A stretch of 64,000 nt of DNA from an uncultured Planctomycetales bacterium (GCA_964359575.1 CAYHTV010000001.1:5547-69546), one strand, 5' to 3'. Shown: positions 1-10,880, numbered from the stretch's first letter. Program-made: numbers and translations. The notes: generated by a model not told the origin, from the letters alone.

Positions 1-129
1 GCGAGTTTTTATTATCTGTGTCATTACGAGGAGCCGCAAGGCGACGAAGTAATCTTTTTTCTATTAAAGATTGCTTCGCTTCGCTCGCAATGACACGAAA
101 CTTGCACACGGCGTACAATAGCAATTATT

Positions 130-2361
130 ATGCTCAGTGATTATTTTTGGAAAAGGTTAAGTCATGCGGCCGGCCTTCTCTCAATCAGCGGGATTTGTGC
201 CGTCTTGATCTTGATGGCCAACGTTGAGATTAAGGATTTGGATCTTTGGCTGCATATGGCCATGGGGCGGTTTATTGTCGAGAATGGTTATGTGCCTCAG
301 GTAGACGTCCTCTCTTGCACGATAGCGGGAAAACCGTGGGTCAACCACGAATGGTTGTTTCAAGTGATCGCTTATGCCGCAAATCAATGGCGCGGTCCTG
401 AGGGGCTGATTCTTCTGCAGGTTATCATTGTTGTTCTGACTCTGATCCTTTTGCTCCTGCTCGCTTATAACAAAAACAATCAGCTTGCTACGATTGTTCC
501 GTTTTTTTTGGTCCTTTTTGTTTATCGCGACCGCTTTACGATCCGTCCGGACTTATTCAGTCTGTTTTTTTTAGCATTTTTTCTGTACATTTTGTTTTAC
601 CATATCCACCGGCGGTGGGCCTGGTTTGCTTTGTTCATCATGCAGATCGCGTGGGCGAATATCCACGGATTTTTTATCTTGGGGCCATTGGTTGTTTTGC
701 TTCTTATTGTTTCCCAATGGCTCAAAAGGCGCGCCCCACTTGTGTATCACTGGAATCAGGTTGACCGCCTCGAGGATCAGGAATACCGGTCATTAAAGAA
801 TATTTTTTGGGTTCTCATTGTTGCTTGCCTTTTGAACCCTATGGGGATTCAGGGGGCATGGTATCCGATTAAAATCCTTATCCAGCTCCCTCATGAATCC
901 AAAATATTTTTTGCCAAAATTTTAGAACTGCAAAGACCAATCAATTGGCATGTTCCCTGGGCGCTCACGCCTTACCCGCATTATAAAATTTTGATCATTA
1001 TCTCCTTTTTAAGCTTTGTCGTTAACCGGCGGAAGATTAATCTTGATTTACTTTTATTGTGGATATTTTTTTTGGTCTTTTCGCTTTCTGCCATTCGGAA
1101 TTTGGTGTATTTTTCCTTTATGGCCTATTTTGTCTTTTTTGTAAACTTTTCCAATTTTTCCGGGGAACACATCCCGCTGGTAAAGGCATTCAGCGTTAAA
1201 ATGCGGCACATGCTTTCTCTGGTGGTCAAGGTGATGATCATTTTCTATCTGGTCGATTTTGGAACGCGGCTTTCGTATAACGGATATTATGATTTTGACA
1301 CGTATCAGCGCAAGAGTGAATTTGGCGGGGTGTCGTTACGTAATTTTCCTTACCAGGCCGCGGATTTTTTAATAAAGAATGATATAAAAGGAAATTTTTT
1401 TAACGATTTCAACTCCGGGGCATATCTGGCGGGCCGGTGTTTTCCCAATATCAAGGTTTTTATCGATGGCCGGACGGAATTGTACGGCGCGGAATTTTTT
1501 CAAACTCACGATCAAGCCTGGAAAGGTGATAAACAACTGTTGGATGAGCTCATAGAGAGGTATAAAATTTCCGGCCTTTTTTTGAATTCGGCGATGGCCC
1601 CGATTCCGCAAAAATTGCTTTGGCACATTTCGAAAGATAAAAAATGGGAATTGGTCTACTTGGATTATGACGCGGTCATATTTTTGCGGGTGATCCCGCA
1701 AAACGCGGAGTTCATTAGAAAATATAAAATTGATTTAGCGCGCTGGAAAACGAAGAAAATGGATCTTAAGCGTCTAGGCCTGACCAATGTTAAGCCTTAC
1801 CAAAATGTGCACCGGGCCTATTCCTTGATAGCCATGGATTTTCATGATGCGGCGTTAAAAGAGGCTTACGCGGCCGTGAAAATTATGCCAAATTATGCCG
1901 AGCCCCATAAAATTATCGGCGGCATCTTTTTGAAAAAAGGGTTATCCAAAAAAGCCTTTGAGGCGCTGCGGGTGGCGAGAATCTTGGATCCGCGGAATCC
2001 GGAAGTCCGTTACCAATTGGCGCTTTTCTTTGAAGAGCAAAACGATTTCAAACAGGCTTTGGAGCAGTGCCAAATTGCCGTGGCTTATAAACCGGGATAT
2101 CCGAGCTCGCTTCTTGCGTTAGTTCGGATTCAGGCAAAACAGGGGCAGGATAAAGAAGCGGTGGAAACTTTGAAATCCATTAAAGGGATGAGCGCCTTTG
2201 AGTCGAGTGATTTATTGTCGGTGGGGGATGTTTTTTACAATAATAAGAAATACACCTTGGCTAAAGAGGCTTACGTCATGGGTTTGAGTTTTGATCCAGA
2301 GAATCAAAATTTTAAGCTCCGACTGGATGAATTAAATAAGATGGAAGATAAACATGAGTGA
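130..2361 (+). CDS. Polytopic membrane protein with C-terminal TPR repeats (GT-C glycosyltransferase / O-antigen-ligase-like architecture), paralog 1
   Basis: 743 aa; about 10 hydrophobic segments N-terminally and TPR-like helical repeats C-terminally; about 40% identical in the membrane half to the next ORF (shared motifs DLDLWLH, KPWxNHEWLFQ, FIDGRTE); the stop overlaps the next start by 8 nt. Confidence 0.5.
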   Translation: MLSDYFWKRLSHAAGLLSISGICAVLILMANVEIKDLDLWLHMAMGRFIVENGYVPQVDVLSCTIAGKPWVNHEWLFQVIAYAANQWRGPEGLILLQVIIVVLTLILLLLLAYNKNNQLATIVPFFLVLFVYRDRFTIRPDLFSLFFLAFFLYILFYHIHRRWAWFALFIMQIAWANIHGFFILGPLVVLLLIVSQWLKRRAPLVYHWNQVDRLEDQEYRSLKNIFWVLIVACLLNPMGIQGAWYPIKILIQLPHESKIFFAKILELQRPINWHVPWALTPYPHYKILIIISFLSFVVNRRKINLDLLLLWIFFLVFSLSAIRNLVYFSFMAYFVFFVNFSNFSGEHIPLVKAFSVKMRHMLSLVVKVMIIFYLVDFGTRLSYNGYYDFDTYQRKSEFGGVSLRNFPYQAADFLIKNDIKGNFFNDFNSGAYLAGRCFPNIKVFIDGRTELYGAEFFQTHDQAWKGDKQLLDELIERYKISGLFLNSAMAPIPQKLLWHISKDKKWELVYLDYDAVIFLRVIPQNAEFIRKYKIDLARWKTKKMDLKRLGLTNVKPYQNVHRAYSLIAMDFHDAALKEAYAAVKIMPNYAEPHKIIGGIFLKKGLSKKAFEALRVARILDPRNPEVRYQLALFFEEQNDFKQALEQCQIAVAYKPGYPSSLLALVRIQAKQGQDKEAVETLKSIKGMSAFESSDLLSVGDVFYNNKKYTLAKEAYVMGLSFDPENQNFKLRLDELNKMEDKHE

Positions 2362-4666
2362 TATTTTTTGGCGAAGGGTAAGTTATTTTTGTGGGTTACT
2401 TTCAATAGGGATTTTATTTGGGATTATCGTTTTGATTGCCCATCTGGAAATCCGGGATTTGGATCTCTGGCTGCATTTGGGAATGGGGAAATTTATCGTA
2501 CAGCACGGTTATGTCCCGGATGTCGATATTTTGTCCTACATGGTGGAAGGAAAGCCGTGGATTAATCACGAATGGCTGTTCCAGATTTTCGTGTATTGGA
2601 TTCATAGCTTAAGAGGCGCGGAAGGGCTCATCCGCATGCAGGTCGTGGTGGTTTGGTCCACCATGGTTTTGTTATTGCTCTTGGGATATAACCGCGACAA
2701 ACAATTCATCGTCACCTTTTCTCTCTTATTAGTCCTTTTAATTTACATCACGCGTTTTACCATCCGGCCGGATATTTTTAGCCTGTTATTTTTTGTTCTC
2801 TATATTTATATTTTATCAATTCATATTGATAAACACTGGTCGCTGTTTGTCCTGTTTTTTGTCCAGGTTTTGTGGACCAATATGCATGGGTTTTTCTTTT
2901 TTGGTCCACTCTTTGTGCTGATTGCACTCAGCGCCGAATGGCTCAAGCGGCATGTGAAATTGCCTTACGAATGGAATAAAATCGGACGGTTAACCGACGC
3001 GGAGTACGCCCGGTTAAGGAGAATTTTGCTGGCCGTCATTTTGGCCTGTCTGATTAACCCCGTGACCTTTAAAGGCGCTTGGTACCCGATTGACGTTTTA
3101 CTTGAGCTTCCGGGTAAATCCAAGATATTCTTTGAATATATCCAAGAATTGCAAAAGCCCATCCTTAAAAGCAATGTTTTTTCGATTGAGAATTTGCCGT
3201 TTTATAAACTGATGATTGTCATTTCCATTTATAGTTTTCTTTTTAACCGGCGGAAAATCGATTTAGGGGCACTGCTTTTCTGGCTGATTTTTTTTGCTTT
3301 TTCTTTAGTGGCGGTGAGGAACTTAGTCTTTTTCGCGTTTGCTTCCTATCTCGTGATTGTCACCAACGCGCTCACAATCTCCATGAATGATATTGTACCG
3401 ATCCGTTTTACCCACAAAAGATTTCAATACATTACCGCGGCGCTGTTGAAGATTATCTTAGCGCTGTGGATGATCAATTTTAGCGTGATGATGCGCTCCG
3501 GCGGGTCGTTCGATTTTGATAAATTTGAGATAAAAAGCGATATGGAAGGCATTTCGCTTAAGAATTATCCGAATAAAGCCGTTGATTTTTTGGTGGATAA
3601 TAAGGTGCAGGGGAATATTTTAAATGATTTCAATTCCGGGGCCTATTTGGTTGGGCGATGCTATCCGGATATCAAGGTATTTATCGATGGCCGGACCGAA
3701 GTCTACGGGGCGGATTTTTTTAAAGGTATTTATCAACGGATTTGGCATCAGGGGGATATGGCCTTCTTTGAGCAGCTGGCCAGTGATCGCAATGTCACCA
3801 TCGTTTTGCTCAGCACAATCAATCAGGCAGCGCCAGAAAAAATCCTGGCACATTTTTATTCCAGAGAGGATTGGGTTCCCGTATATTTTAATTACGATGG
3901 GTTTATTTTTGTCAAAAAAGTTCCGGCTCATGAAAAACTCATTGAAAGATTTGCTATCGACTTAACGAAATGGCAGGCGCCTAAATTTGATTTGTATAAG
4001 TTGGGGGCCCGGCGGGTCTCGGCGTATCAATATACTCACCGCGCCTTTTCGTTGGAAACCTTAGGGCTGGAAGAGCCCGCTCTTGATGAAATAAATCAAG
4101 CGCTAAAGATTGATTCTGCGAGCTTCGAGGCGCATAAAATCTTAGGGAAAATTTATGGCAAGCGGGAAGATTTTCAAAAAGCCTTTGAGTATTTTCGGAT
4201 CGCCTCTTCCTTTGATCCAGGCAGCCGGCAGCTAAAGTTCAATCTGGCCCAGGCCTATTATGACTTAGGCGAATATGATTATGCGATTAAACACTATCAA
4301 TCTCTGGCTGAGTCGGATCGCAAAGATGCCAGAGCGCATTTTCTTTTAGCGCGGGCGTATGCGAAAAGCGGCCAATACGATAAGGCGCAGGAGGCGGCGG
4401 CCCGCGCCCATCAGCTGAGTCCCAGCAGCGCGAATGATTTGCTGATGATCGGGGATATCTTTTATGAGCAAAAGCAATTTACCGAGTCACAAAAAATTTA
4501 TCATCTGGTTTTGTCGATGAATAAGGAAACGGCAAAAGTCCGCAATAAGCTGGGATTGAGCTATAACGCCTTAGGAGATAAAGAGAAGGCGCAAGCGGAG
4601 TTTCAAGAGGGATTAAAAGTCGATCCAGAGAATGAGGAATTGAAAAAGAACGAAAAAGAATTATAA
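2354..4666 (+). CDS. Polytopic membrane protein with C-terminal TPR repeats, paralog 2 (tandem duplicate of the previous ORF)
   Basis: 770 aa with the same architecture and conserved motifs as 130-2361; the ATGA overlap suggests translational coupling. Confidence 0.5.
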   Translation: MSDIFWRRVSYFCGLLSIGILFGIIVLIAHLEIRDLDLWLHLGMGKFIVQHGYVPDVDILSYMVEGKPWINHEWLFQIFVYWIHSLRGAEGLIRMQVVVVWSTMVLLLLLGYNRDKQFIVTFSLLLVLLIYITRFTIRPDIFSLLFFVLYIYILSIHIDKHWSLFVLFFVQVLWTNMHGFFFFGPLFVLIALSAEWLKRHVKLPYEWNKIGRLTDAEYARLRRILLAVILACLINPVTFKGAWYPIDVLLELPGKSKIFFEYIQELQKPILKSNVFSIENLPFYKLMIVISIYSFLFNRRKIDLGALLFWLIFFAFSLVAVRNLVFFAFASYLVIVTNALTISMNDIVPIRFTHKRFQYITAALLKIILALWMINFSVMMRSGGSFDFDKFEIKSDMEGISLKNYPNKAVDFLVDNKVQGNILNDFNSGAYLVGRCYPDIKVFIDGRTEVYGADFFKGIYQRIWHQGDMAFFEQLASDRNVTIVLLSTINQAAPEKILAHFYSREDWVPVYFNYDGFIFVKKVPAHEKLIERFAIDLTKWQAPKFDLYKLGARRVSAYQYTHRAFSLETLGLEEPALDEINQALKIDSASFEAHKILGKIYGKREDFQKAFEYFRIASSFDPGSRQLKFNLAQAYYDLGEYDYAIKHYQSLAESDRKDARAHFLLARAYAKSGQYDKAQEAAARAHQLSPSSANDLLMIGDIFYEQKQFTESQKIYHLVLSMNKETAKVRNKLGLSYNALGDKEKAQAEFQEGLKVDPENEELKKNEKEL

Positions 4667-4750
4667 TTTATTTTGATTTTACATCTTTATTTGTTACAAT
4701 AAAAACATTGTTCAAAATAAAAGTCTTCAATACGAAATTTATCAAGATAA

Positions 4751-6340
4751 ATGAAAATCGCCCTTATTAACCCGCCCTATCTTATCATCTACAAAAAGTT
4801 GAATATTGAGCAGGATGCCTCTGTTCCCCTAGGACTTCTCTATGTCGCTGCTATGCTGGAAAGGCATGGCCATGAAGTCAAGGTTTTTGACTTTAATCTT
4901 CACGAAACCCTGCTTCCTGAAATGGCTGAGCAGATTGGCGAATTTCAGCCGCAGATGATCGGAATTACAGCGGTTACACCGACATTTAATTCGGCTCAGG
5001 AGATTGTGGCCAATTTCAAGCAAAGGTTTCCTCAAACCATTTTTGTTATGGGAGGCCCGCATTTAACTTCTTTACCTAAGCAGTCGCTTGAGCAAACACC
5101 AGCCGCCGATTTCGTCATCGCCGGTGAAGGGGAGTATGCCTTAACCGAGCTGGTTAAGGCCATCGAGGCTGGCCAGACCGATTTTTCTTCCATCAACGGG
5201 TTGACTTATCGGAAGGAAGGACAAGTGATTTCCAATCCGCGCGCCTCTATGATTGAGGATCTGGATCAATTGCCTTTTCCCGCGTATCATTTATTGCCGA
5301 TTACAGAATATGCCCCTTCGGTTGTCTTTCGTGTTGCTGAAAAAAGTACATTTATTATGTCCTCGCGGGGATGCGCGGCGTATTGCACGTTTTGCGCCAA
5401 TAACGTCACCGGCCGCCGGCTGCGCGATCACAGTATTGATTATTTTGTCGGCAAGATTAAATATTTACAAGAGACATATGGATTAAGACATTTTCATATT
5501 GTCGATGATAATTTTATGCATGATCAACAGCGCGTGATTGATATCTGCCAGCGCATCATTGACGAGAAATTAAAAATCACCTGGTTCATCTTTGCCCGGC
5601 CGGACCATTGTCAGAACCTGGAGACACTGAAAATGATGAAAAAAGCAGGATGCGTCTATTTGCAATTTGGGATCGAAAGCGGAAGCGAGCTCATTCTGCG
5701 GCAGATGGGAAAGAAAATTGAAAAGTCAGAATTATATCAGGCCTGTATGAACTGTAAAAAGGCAGGACTTGATTATTTTAATTCTTTTATGATCGGTAAT
5801 CCTAAAGAAACCGTTGAGACCGTGCGCGAGACGATTGATTTTGCAATCAAATTGGATGCGATTATGTCCGGCTTTAATATTTTGATTCCATACCCCGGAA
5901 CGGCTATATTCAAAAAATACTATGAGAAAGATTTTATGAATAACACAACGTGGGAAAAGTGGAACCATATCACCCATGAAGTGCCGATTGATTATCGCCA
6001 TACCAAGTTAACGAAAAAAGAGCTCGATGAGTTGCGTAAAGAATGTATCCGTCGTTATTATCTGCGCCCTCGGCACATACTGCGTTTGATTATGTTTTTT
6101 GGTGTTTCGCGTTTGCTATGGAAGTTTACCAGAAGTTCTTGGAAACATATTTTCTTTTTGTTCTCCGGATTCACGTTTAGTTCCACTAAAAAGAGAGTGC
6201 GCGATCTTGTTCGGCTCGAACCAGGACCTCTCGTGCGACCAGGTCTGAGTCAAGAGCCTGCCTTTGTAAAAACACAGGCTCGGAAAGTCTCCAGAATTTC
6301 AGATTTTATTGATTCCTTTCAAAGGGATAGTGTCGCCTAA
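4751..6340 (+). CDS. B12-binding domain radical SAM protein
   Basis: N-terminal Rossmann-like B12-binding-type domain (MKIALINPPY...GLLYVAAMLERHGHEV) followed by SSRGCAAYCTFC, a CxxxCxxC radical SAM cluster motif. Confidence 0.8.
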   Translation: MKIALINPPYLIIYKKLNIEQDASVPLGLLYVAAMLERHGHEVKVFDFNLHETLLPEMAEQIGEFQPQMIGITAVTPTFNSAQEIVANFKQRFPQTIFVMGGPHLTSLPKQSLEQTPAADFVIAGEGEYALTELVKAIEAGQTDFSSINGLTYRKEGQVISNPRASMIEDLDQLPFPAYHLLPITEYAPSVVFRVAEKSTFIMSSRGCAAYCTFCANNVTGRRLRDHSIDYFVGKIKYLQETYGLRHFHIVDDNFMHDQQRVIDICQRIIDEKLKITWFIFARPDHCQNLETLKMMKKAGCVYLQFGIESGSELILRQMGKKIEKSELYQACMNCKKAGLDYFNSFMIGNPKETVETVRETIDFAIKLDAIMSGFNILIPYPGTAIFKKYYEKDFMNNTTWEKWNHITHEVPIDYRHTKLTKKELDELRKECIRRYYLRPRHILRLIMFFGVSRLLWKFTRSSWKHIFFLFSGFTFSSTKKRVRDLVRLEPGPLVRPGLSQEPAFVKTQARKVSRISDFIDSFQRDSVA

Positions 6341-6381
6341 TCAATAAAGCAAAAAATCCTATCATTAAGCCCGCCTTTTTT

Positions 6382-8589
6382 ATGTCGTCTAAAAGTTTAA
6401 CTTCTCACGAAAAACGTTCGCTGGAAATCATTTTTGTCGCAGGTGCCTTTGTTCTGTGGCTTTTTATTTTCCGTGGTTATTTTCTCTATCAGTTAGCCCT
6501 CGGTGGGACAGCGCCGGCTTACTACTACAGGATTAAATATTATTTAGATGGTCTTTGGAATGGTATCTATCCGATGTGGAATCCTTTTCAGTCATGGGGA
6601 TACCCGGATGTTTTGGATATGCGGGTTTTAGGTGAATTTAATCCTTTTCTCTATGTGATCTGGCTTCTCCAAGGAGTCACACAATCGTTTTATCAGGCCT
6701 ATCTCGTTTATTTGGCACTCTATTATTGGTTAGGATTATTAGGGTTTTATTTATTGGCCAAATCAGTTTTGAAAGAATGGCCGCTGGCCTTTGTGGCCTA
6801 TGTGATGGTTATGTTTTCTTCCTTAGGACCAGCGACTTTTACGGAAAACGTCATAAATTTAATTTTTGTGCCACTCGCTTGGTTTTTCTATTTTATGATT
6901 AATTTTTTTAAGCAAGGCGGGCAGCGATTTTTGCTGGGGATGACGCTCGCTTTAATGATTATTCTGACAACGTATTTCCCTTTCTTTTTTGTGACAGTTT
7001 TTGTGATTTTTGCTATCGCTTTTAGCATGATATTTTTCTCTTTGCTCAAGGAAATTTTTGATCGCGGCCTAAAGCAAATTTGGCAATACAAAAAAGTAAC
7101 CATTTTTTGCATCACGGCCGTGTGTCTATCATTAGGGCCTGATCTCCTGTGGTACCGCATGTCCCATGAGGGACAGTTTATGTTTGATTTTCGCCACACG
7201 GGATCTCCTTATCAGGATGTCCTCAGCATGGATCAGGATATGATTAATAACAGCGGCATAAGCGGGGTCGTCACGTGGCGGGGATTGTTTTCGGATTTAG
7301 ATGTTTTTGCCGGAACAGAGCCAATCTTTTTCTACATTCCCATTTTTATTTATCTTATTCTTTTGCTCTCCATTCTGAACCGTGTCAATCGGCTTTTAGC
7401 CCTGCTGGGCACTTTAGGTTTTTTTCTTTTTTTTATAACGTTAGCTGATGCGACACCGATCCATCGTTTTTTGTATGATCATGTTTATTTTTTTAAATTA
7501 TTTAGAAATTTATTTTTTTTGCTGTATTTGTCTATTCCAATTTATGTCCTCTTTGCGATGGAACAATTAAGAATATTTTTGAGTGCTGCACCATTAATAA
7601 AGCAGAAAAAGGGATATTTACTTGTTTTTGTTACTTTTATCCATAGTGTGTTTGCTTTATTTTTGTATCGTTTGGGAAATGTTATGGGGCCTTCGTATCT
7701 CGCTGTTTTTCTGAGCTGGATTAGTTTTGTGCTTTATGGAGCGGGTTTTTTGAAAAGTCGCTTTGTTCTGCTGACTCTTTTATTGAGCATGGCGATTTTA
7801 AGTCAAGGGATTGCGGTCAATTTTTATGTTTGTCGAAATGCAAAACCTTACTTGATACAGATGGACAGTCCGCGGGAGACCCCATCATTTTCGTTTATTC
7901 GGCCGGCTGCGGATCATGATCCTCTTATCCCTGAGGCGCGCGGATATGCCGCTCGACGTAAAGTCATGCGTGATTCTTCCGGGTTTGTCGACAGCGAGTA
8001 TGTGGGGGTGCGATGGTCGCATTTTCTTTTAAATCATGCCGATCGGGAAAAATTAGAAAAATACACACGCTATAAATTTGTGCTTTATGACCGCGTTGAA
8101 TTCTTAAATGACAAAAGCACTGAGGCCGTAGCGGTCAATAAAATTTTTAGCGAGGTTGATAAAACAGCGTATATTTTTGATTCTTTTGCATCATCGGAAA
8201 ATAAGCAGGCTGATCAGCCGCCGAAAGAAGCCCAGTTTATTACGGAAAACTCAGATCAGTTTAAAATTGTTGATTTTAATTTAAATGAACTACGATTGAA
8301 GACCAATTTTCCGGTCCGCCATTTTTTAGTATATAATGACAGCTTTCATAAAGATTGGGCCGCGTTCATCAATGGTCAAAAGGTCAAGGTGTGGCGGGCG
8401 AATTATGCCTTTAAAGGCGTCTGGCTTCCAGCTGGAGAAAATGTTGTTTATTTCCGATACGGCCAGACTTGGTTGTATGGATATTATCTTTTTTTAATTG
8501 CGTTTATGGTATTTTTTTTGGGACGAGTGATTTGGTCGTTTCAACGCAAAAATTTAGGTGCACAATGTTTTATTCTTCAAGAGAATTAG
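6382..8589 (+). CDS. Large polytopic membrane protein, YfhO-like (possible GT-C type glycosyltransferase)
   Basis: 735 aa; many TM helices, a C-terminal soluble region, then a final TM helix; the family assignment rests on architecture only. Confidence 0.4.
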   Translation: MSSKSLTSHEKRSLEIIFVAGAFVLWLFIFRGYFLYQLALGGTAPAYYYRIKYYLDGLWNGIYPMWNPFQSWGYPDVLDMRVLGEFNPFLYVIWLLQGVTQSFYQAYLVYLALYYWLGLLGFYLLAKSVLKEWPLAFVAYVMVMFSSLGPATFTENVINLIFVPLAWFFYFMINFFKQGGQRFLLGMTLALMIILTTYFPFFFVTVFVIFAIAFSMIFFSLLKEIFDRGLKQIWQYKKVTIFCITAVCLSLGPDLLWYRMSHEGQFMFDFRHTGSPYQDVLSMDQDMINNSGISGVVTWRGLFSDLDVFAGTEPIFFYIPIFIYLILLLSILNRVNRLLALLGTLGFFLFFITLADATPIHRFLYDHVYFFKLFRNLFFLLYLSIPIYVLFAMEQLRIFLSAAPLIKQKKGYLLVFVTFIHSVFALFLYRLGNVMGPSYLAVFLSWISFVLYGAGFLKSRFVLLTLLLSMAILSQGIAVNFYVCRNAKPYLIQMDSPRETPSFSFIRPAADHDPLIPEARGYAARRKVMRDSSGFVDSEYVGVRWSHFLLNHADREKLEKYTRYKFVLYDRVEFLNDKSTEAVAVNKIFSEVDKTAYIFDSFASSENKQADQPPKEAQFITENSDQFKIVDFNLNELRLKTNFPVRHFLVYNDSFHKDWAAFINGQKVKVWRANYAFKGVWLPAGENVVYFRYGQTWLYGYYLFLIAFMVFFLGRVIWSFQRKNLGAQCFILQEN

Positions 8590-9434
8590 GGAATTTTCTA
8601 GTCAATATTCTTAAGCTCTCTTTAGTGTCTTATGTGATAGGGATAAGTATTTTATGGATCAGCCTGGATTATCGGGTGGTTCATTCCAGACGGCTTGATT
8701 ATTTAAAAGGATCGGTTGATTATCCGGTTTTATATCTTGATAAAAAAGTTTCCTTGAATCGCCGGTATCTCAAGGAGGTGGTTCGTTATTACCATGAGTT
8801 GATCGCCTTCTTGCCCTATCTTAAAGGAGAAGGCGATCAAGCGATGCCTGCCGCGCGGGCCTATGAAATGCTGGGATTGTGCTATTATTTTTTAGAGGAT
8901 TATTCTAAGGCCAATCTATTTTATCAAAAGGCCTTAAAGAAAAAACCGGATTATATTTGGATGCATTATAATGTGGCGGTACTTTATTTTAAGGAAGCAC
9001 GCTATGATAAATCCTTAGAGGAGCTTTCTTTTATTGCCCTTGACCAAATAGATCAAATAAAAAGCAGCGCCCCAGATAAAATTTTTTCACAAAAGGATCA
9101 AAGCATAAAATTAGAATTTGAGCGGATCAAGAAAAGGGAATTAGGGAGTCTGCGGCTGAAGGTTATCAACTTAACCATTCTTAATCGTCGGGCGTTAAAC
9201 CAGTTTTCTGATGAAGAAGGAACACGGCAAGAAAAAATTCTAAAATTAATGGAGCAAAAAGGGGTTCTGGTTGAACCATGGCTGCATCCTTTGAACCGTT
9301 TTGTGCCAGTGGGACGCGAGCCAATTTTAACGGAAGCTAAGGCCACGGGCTTGCCCGTGGATTTAGCTGCAGTACTTGCCCGTGGTTTTATGCCACGGGC
9401 AAGTGGCGACCCGAAGGGTCGTCCCTTGACATAG
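8564..9434 (+). CDS. TPR repeat-containing protein (hypothetical)
   Basis: The track ORF begins at 8469, inside the upstream gene; the start was trimmed to the ATG at 8564; N-terminal TM segment followed by TPR-like repeats (AYEMLGLCYYFLEDYSKANLFYQKALKKKPDY). Confidence 0.45.
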
Positions 9435-9445
9435 AAGTAGCGATA

Positions 9446-9549
9446 TTATTGACCTTTGTAGAACCAAAAGAATTGAGGTAGTCAATATTGGCCTTTGTCT
9501 CCTCAATGATAAATTAAAATTTTTTTCTTTAGTTGTACAAAGGCCCATA
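9446..9549 (+). mobile_element. MITE-like repeat family 1, copy 1 (~104 bp, imperfect TIRs TTATTGACCTTTGTAGAACC / GGGCCTTTGTACAACTA-rc, internal hairpin ATTGAGG...CCTCAAT)
   Basis: Near-identical sequence at 8 loci in both orientations; three CCTTTGT sub-motifs; intergenic. Confidence 0.8.
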
Positions 9550-9580
9550 AACGAAAATTGAAAAACTTCCAGTCTAAAGA

Positions 9581-9609
9581 TTGCAAAAGCAGATAACTGG
9601 TCGTATAAT
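9581..9609 (+). promoter_or_regulatory. Sigma-70-type promoter upstream of glgC (TTGCAA-17 nt-TATAAT)
   Basis: -35 TTGCAA at 9581-9586 and -10 TATAAT at 9604-9609, with an exact 17-nt spacer, about 50 nt upstream of the glgC start. Confidence 0.55.
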
Positions 9610-9656
9610 AATTGCCGTTTATAGCGGCTTAAGTCTGTCACAAAGAAGGATAAAAG

Positions 9657-10880
9657 ATGCGTGATGTTTTGACGTTTATATTGGCCGGGGGAAAAGGGGA
9701 GCGTTTGGACCCCTTAACGCGGGATCGGGCGAAACCCGCGGTTCCTTTCGGTGGGATTTACCGGATTATCGATTTCACTTTGAGCAATTGCATCAATTCT
9801 GGTTTGCGCAGGGTTTATGTGCTCATTCAATACAAATCGTTTTCTCTACAAAAACATATCCTCGCTGGCTGGGATGTCGTTTCCAGCCAGTTAGGGGAAT
9901 TCATTGATGTGATTCCTGCCCAACAGCGCATCGGTTCCGATTGGTACAAGGGGACCGCGGATGCGATCTATCAAAATATTTACGCAATCCAGGACCTTAA
10001 TGCGCGCATGGTCCTGGTCCTGGCCGGCGATCATATTTATAAAATGAATTACCGCAAGATGATTGATTACCATAAAGCCATGAACGCGGATGTGACGGTG
10101 GCGTGTGTCTTAATGCCCAAGGAAACCGCGAACAATTTTGGGGTCGTGGAGGTTGATTCTAAAAATCAGGTATGCGGTTTTCAGGAAAAGCCGCAAAATC
10201 CCAGAACCCTGCCGCGCGATCCGAGCCAAATTTTTGCCTCGATGGGAATTTATCTTTTTAATAAAGATGTGCTTTTTGAAGAATTAGAGATCGACGCCCA
10301 GTCGAAAATTTCAGAACATGATTTTGGGAAGAACGTGATCCCGCAGATGCTGCAGCATAAACGCAAGATTTATGTGCATAATTTCATTGATGAAAAAAAT
10401 AAGCCTTTGTATTGGCGGGACATTGGAACGCGCGATGCCTATTACCAGGCGAACATGGATTTAGTGCGCGAAAATCCGGCTTTTAATCTTTATGATAAAT
10501 CCTGGCCGGTGAGGACTTATCACGCGCAGTACCCGCCGATCAAGCTGGTCAGCGCGTCCACTCGGCAAAGTGTGAGCCGTGGTTCGGTTCTGGACTCCAT
10601 CATTGCGGGAGGGTGCGTGATCACGGGAGGGCATATTGAGCGGTCGATTCTTTCTCCCAACGTGCGGATTTATCATGAGGCGTCTATCGCGGATTCTATT
10701 TTAATGGAGGGTGTTATTGTGGGAGAGCATTCTAAAATAAAAAACGCGATCATCGACAAAGAAGTGAATATCCCGCCCCGTTCCGTGATCGGTTATGATT
10801 TGGAATTAGATAAAAAGCGTTTTGCCGTGACCACGTCAGGAGTTGTTATTGTGCCCAAAAAAACAGCCATCCCCGAGTAG
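9657..10880 (+). CDS. glgC: Glucose-1-phosphate adenylyltransferase
   Basis: N-terminal ILAGGKGERLDPLTRDRAKPAVPFGG nucleotidyltransferase motif and a C-terminal left-handed beta-helix domain; 407 aa. Confidence 0.9.
   Translation: MRDVLTFILAGGKGERLDPLTRDRAKPAVPFGGIYRIIDFTLSNCINSGLRRVYVLIQYKSFSLQKHILAGWDVVSSQLGEFIDVIPAQQRIGSDWYKGTADAIYQNIYAIQDLNARMVLVLAGDHIYKMNYRKMIDYHKAMNADVTVACVLMPKETANNFGVVEVDSKNQVCGFQEKPQNPRTLPRDPSQIFASMGIYLFNKDVLFEELEIDAQSKISEHDFGKNVIPQMLQHKRKIYVHNFIDEKNKPLYWRDIGTRDAYYQANMDLVRENPAFNLYDKSWPVRTYHAQYPPIKLVSASTRQSVSRGSVLDSIIAGGCVITGGHIERSILSPNVRIYHEASIADSILMEGVIVGEHSKIKNAIIDKEVNIPPRSVIGYDLELDKKRFAVTTSGVVIVPKKTAIPE

Noticed and set aside
8469-8563. Track start of the TPR ORF at 8469, overlapping the upstream membrane protein gene by 120 nt
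   Set aside because: That N-terminal extension is read in another frame of the upstream gene; the internal ATG at 8564 gives a sensible start.
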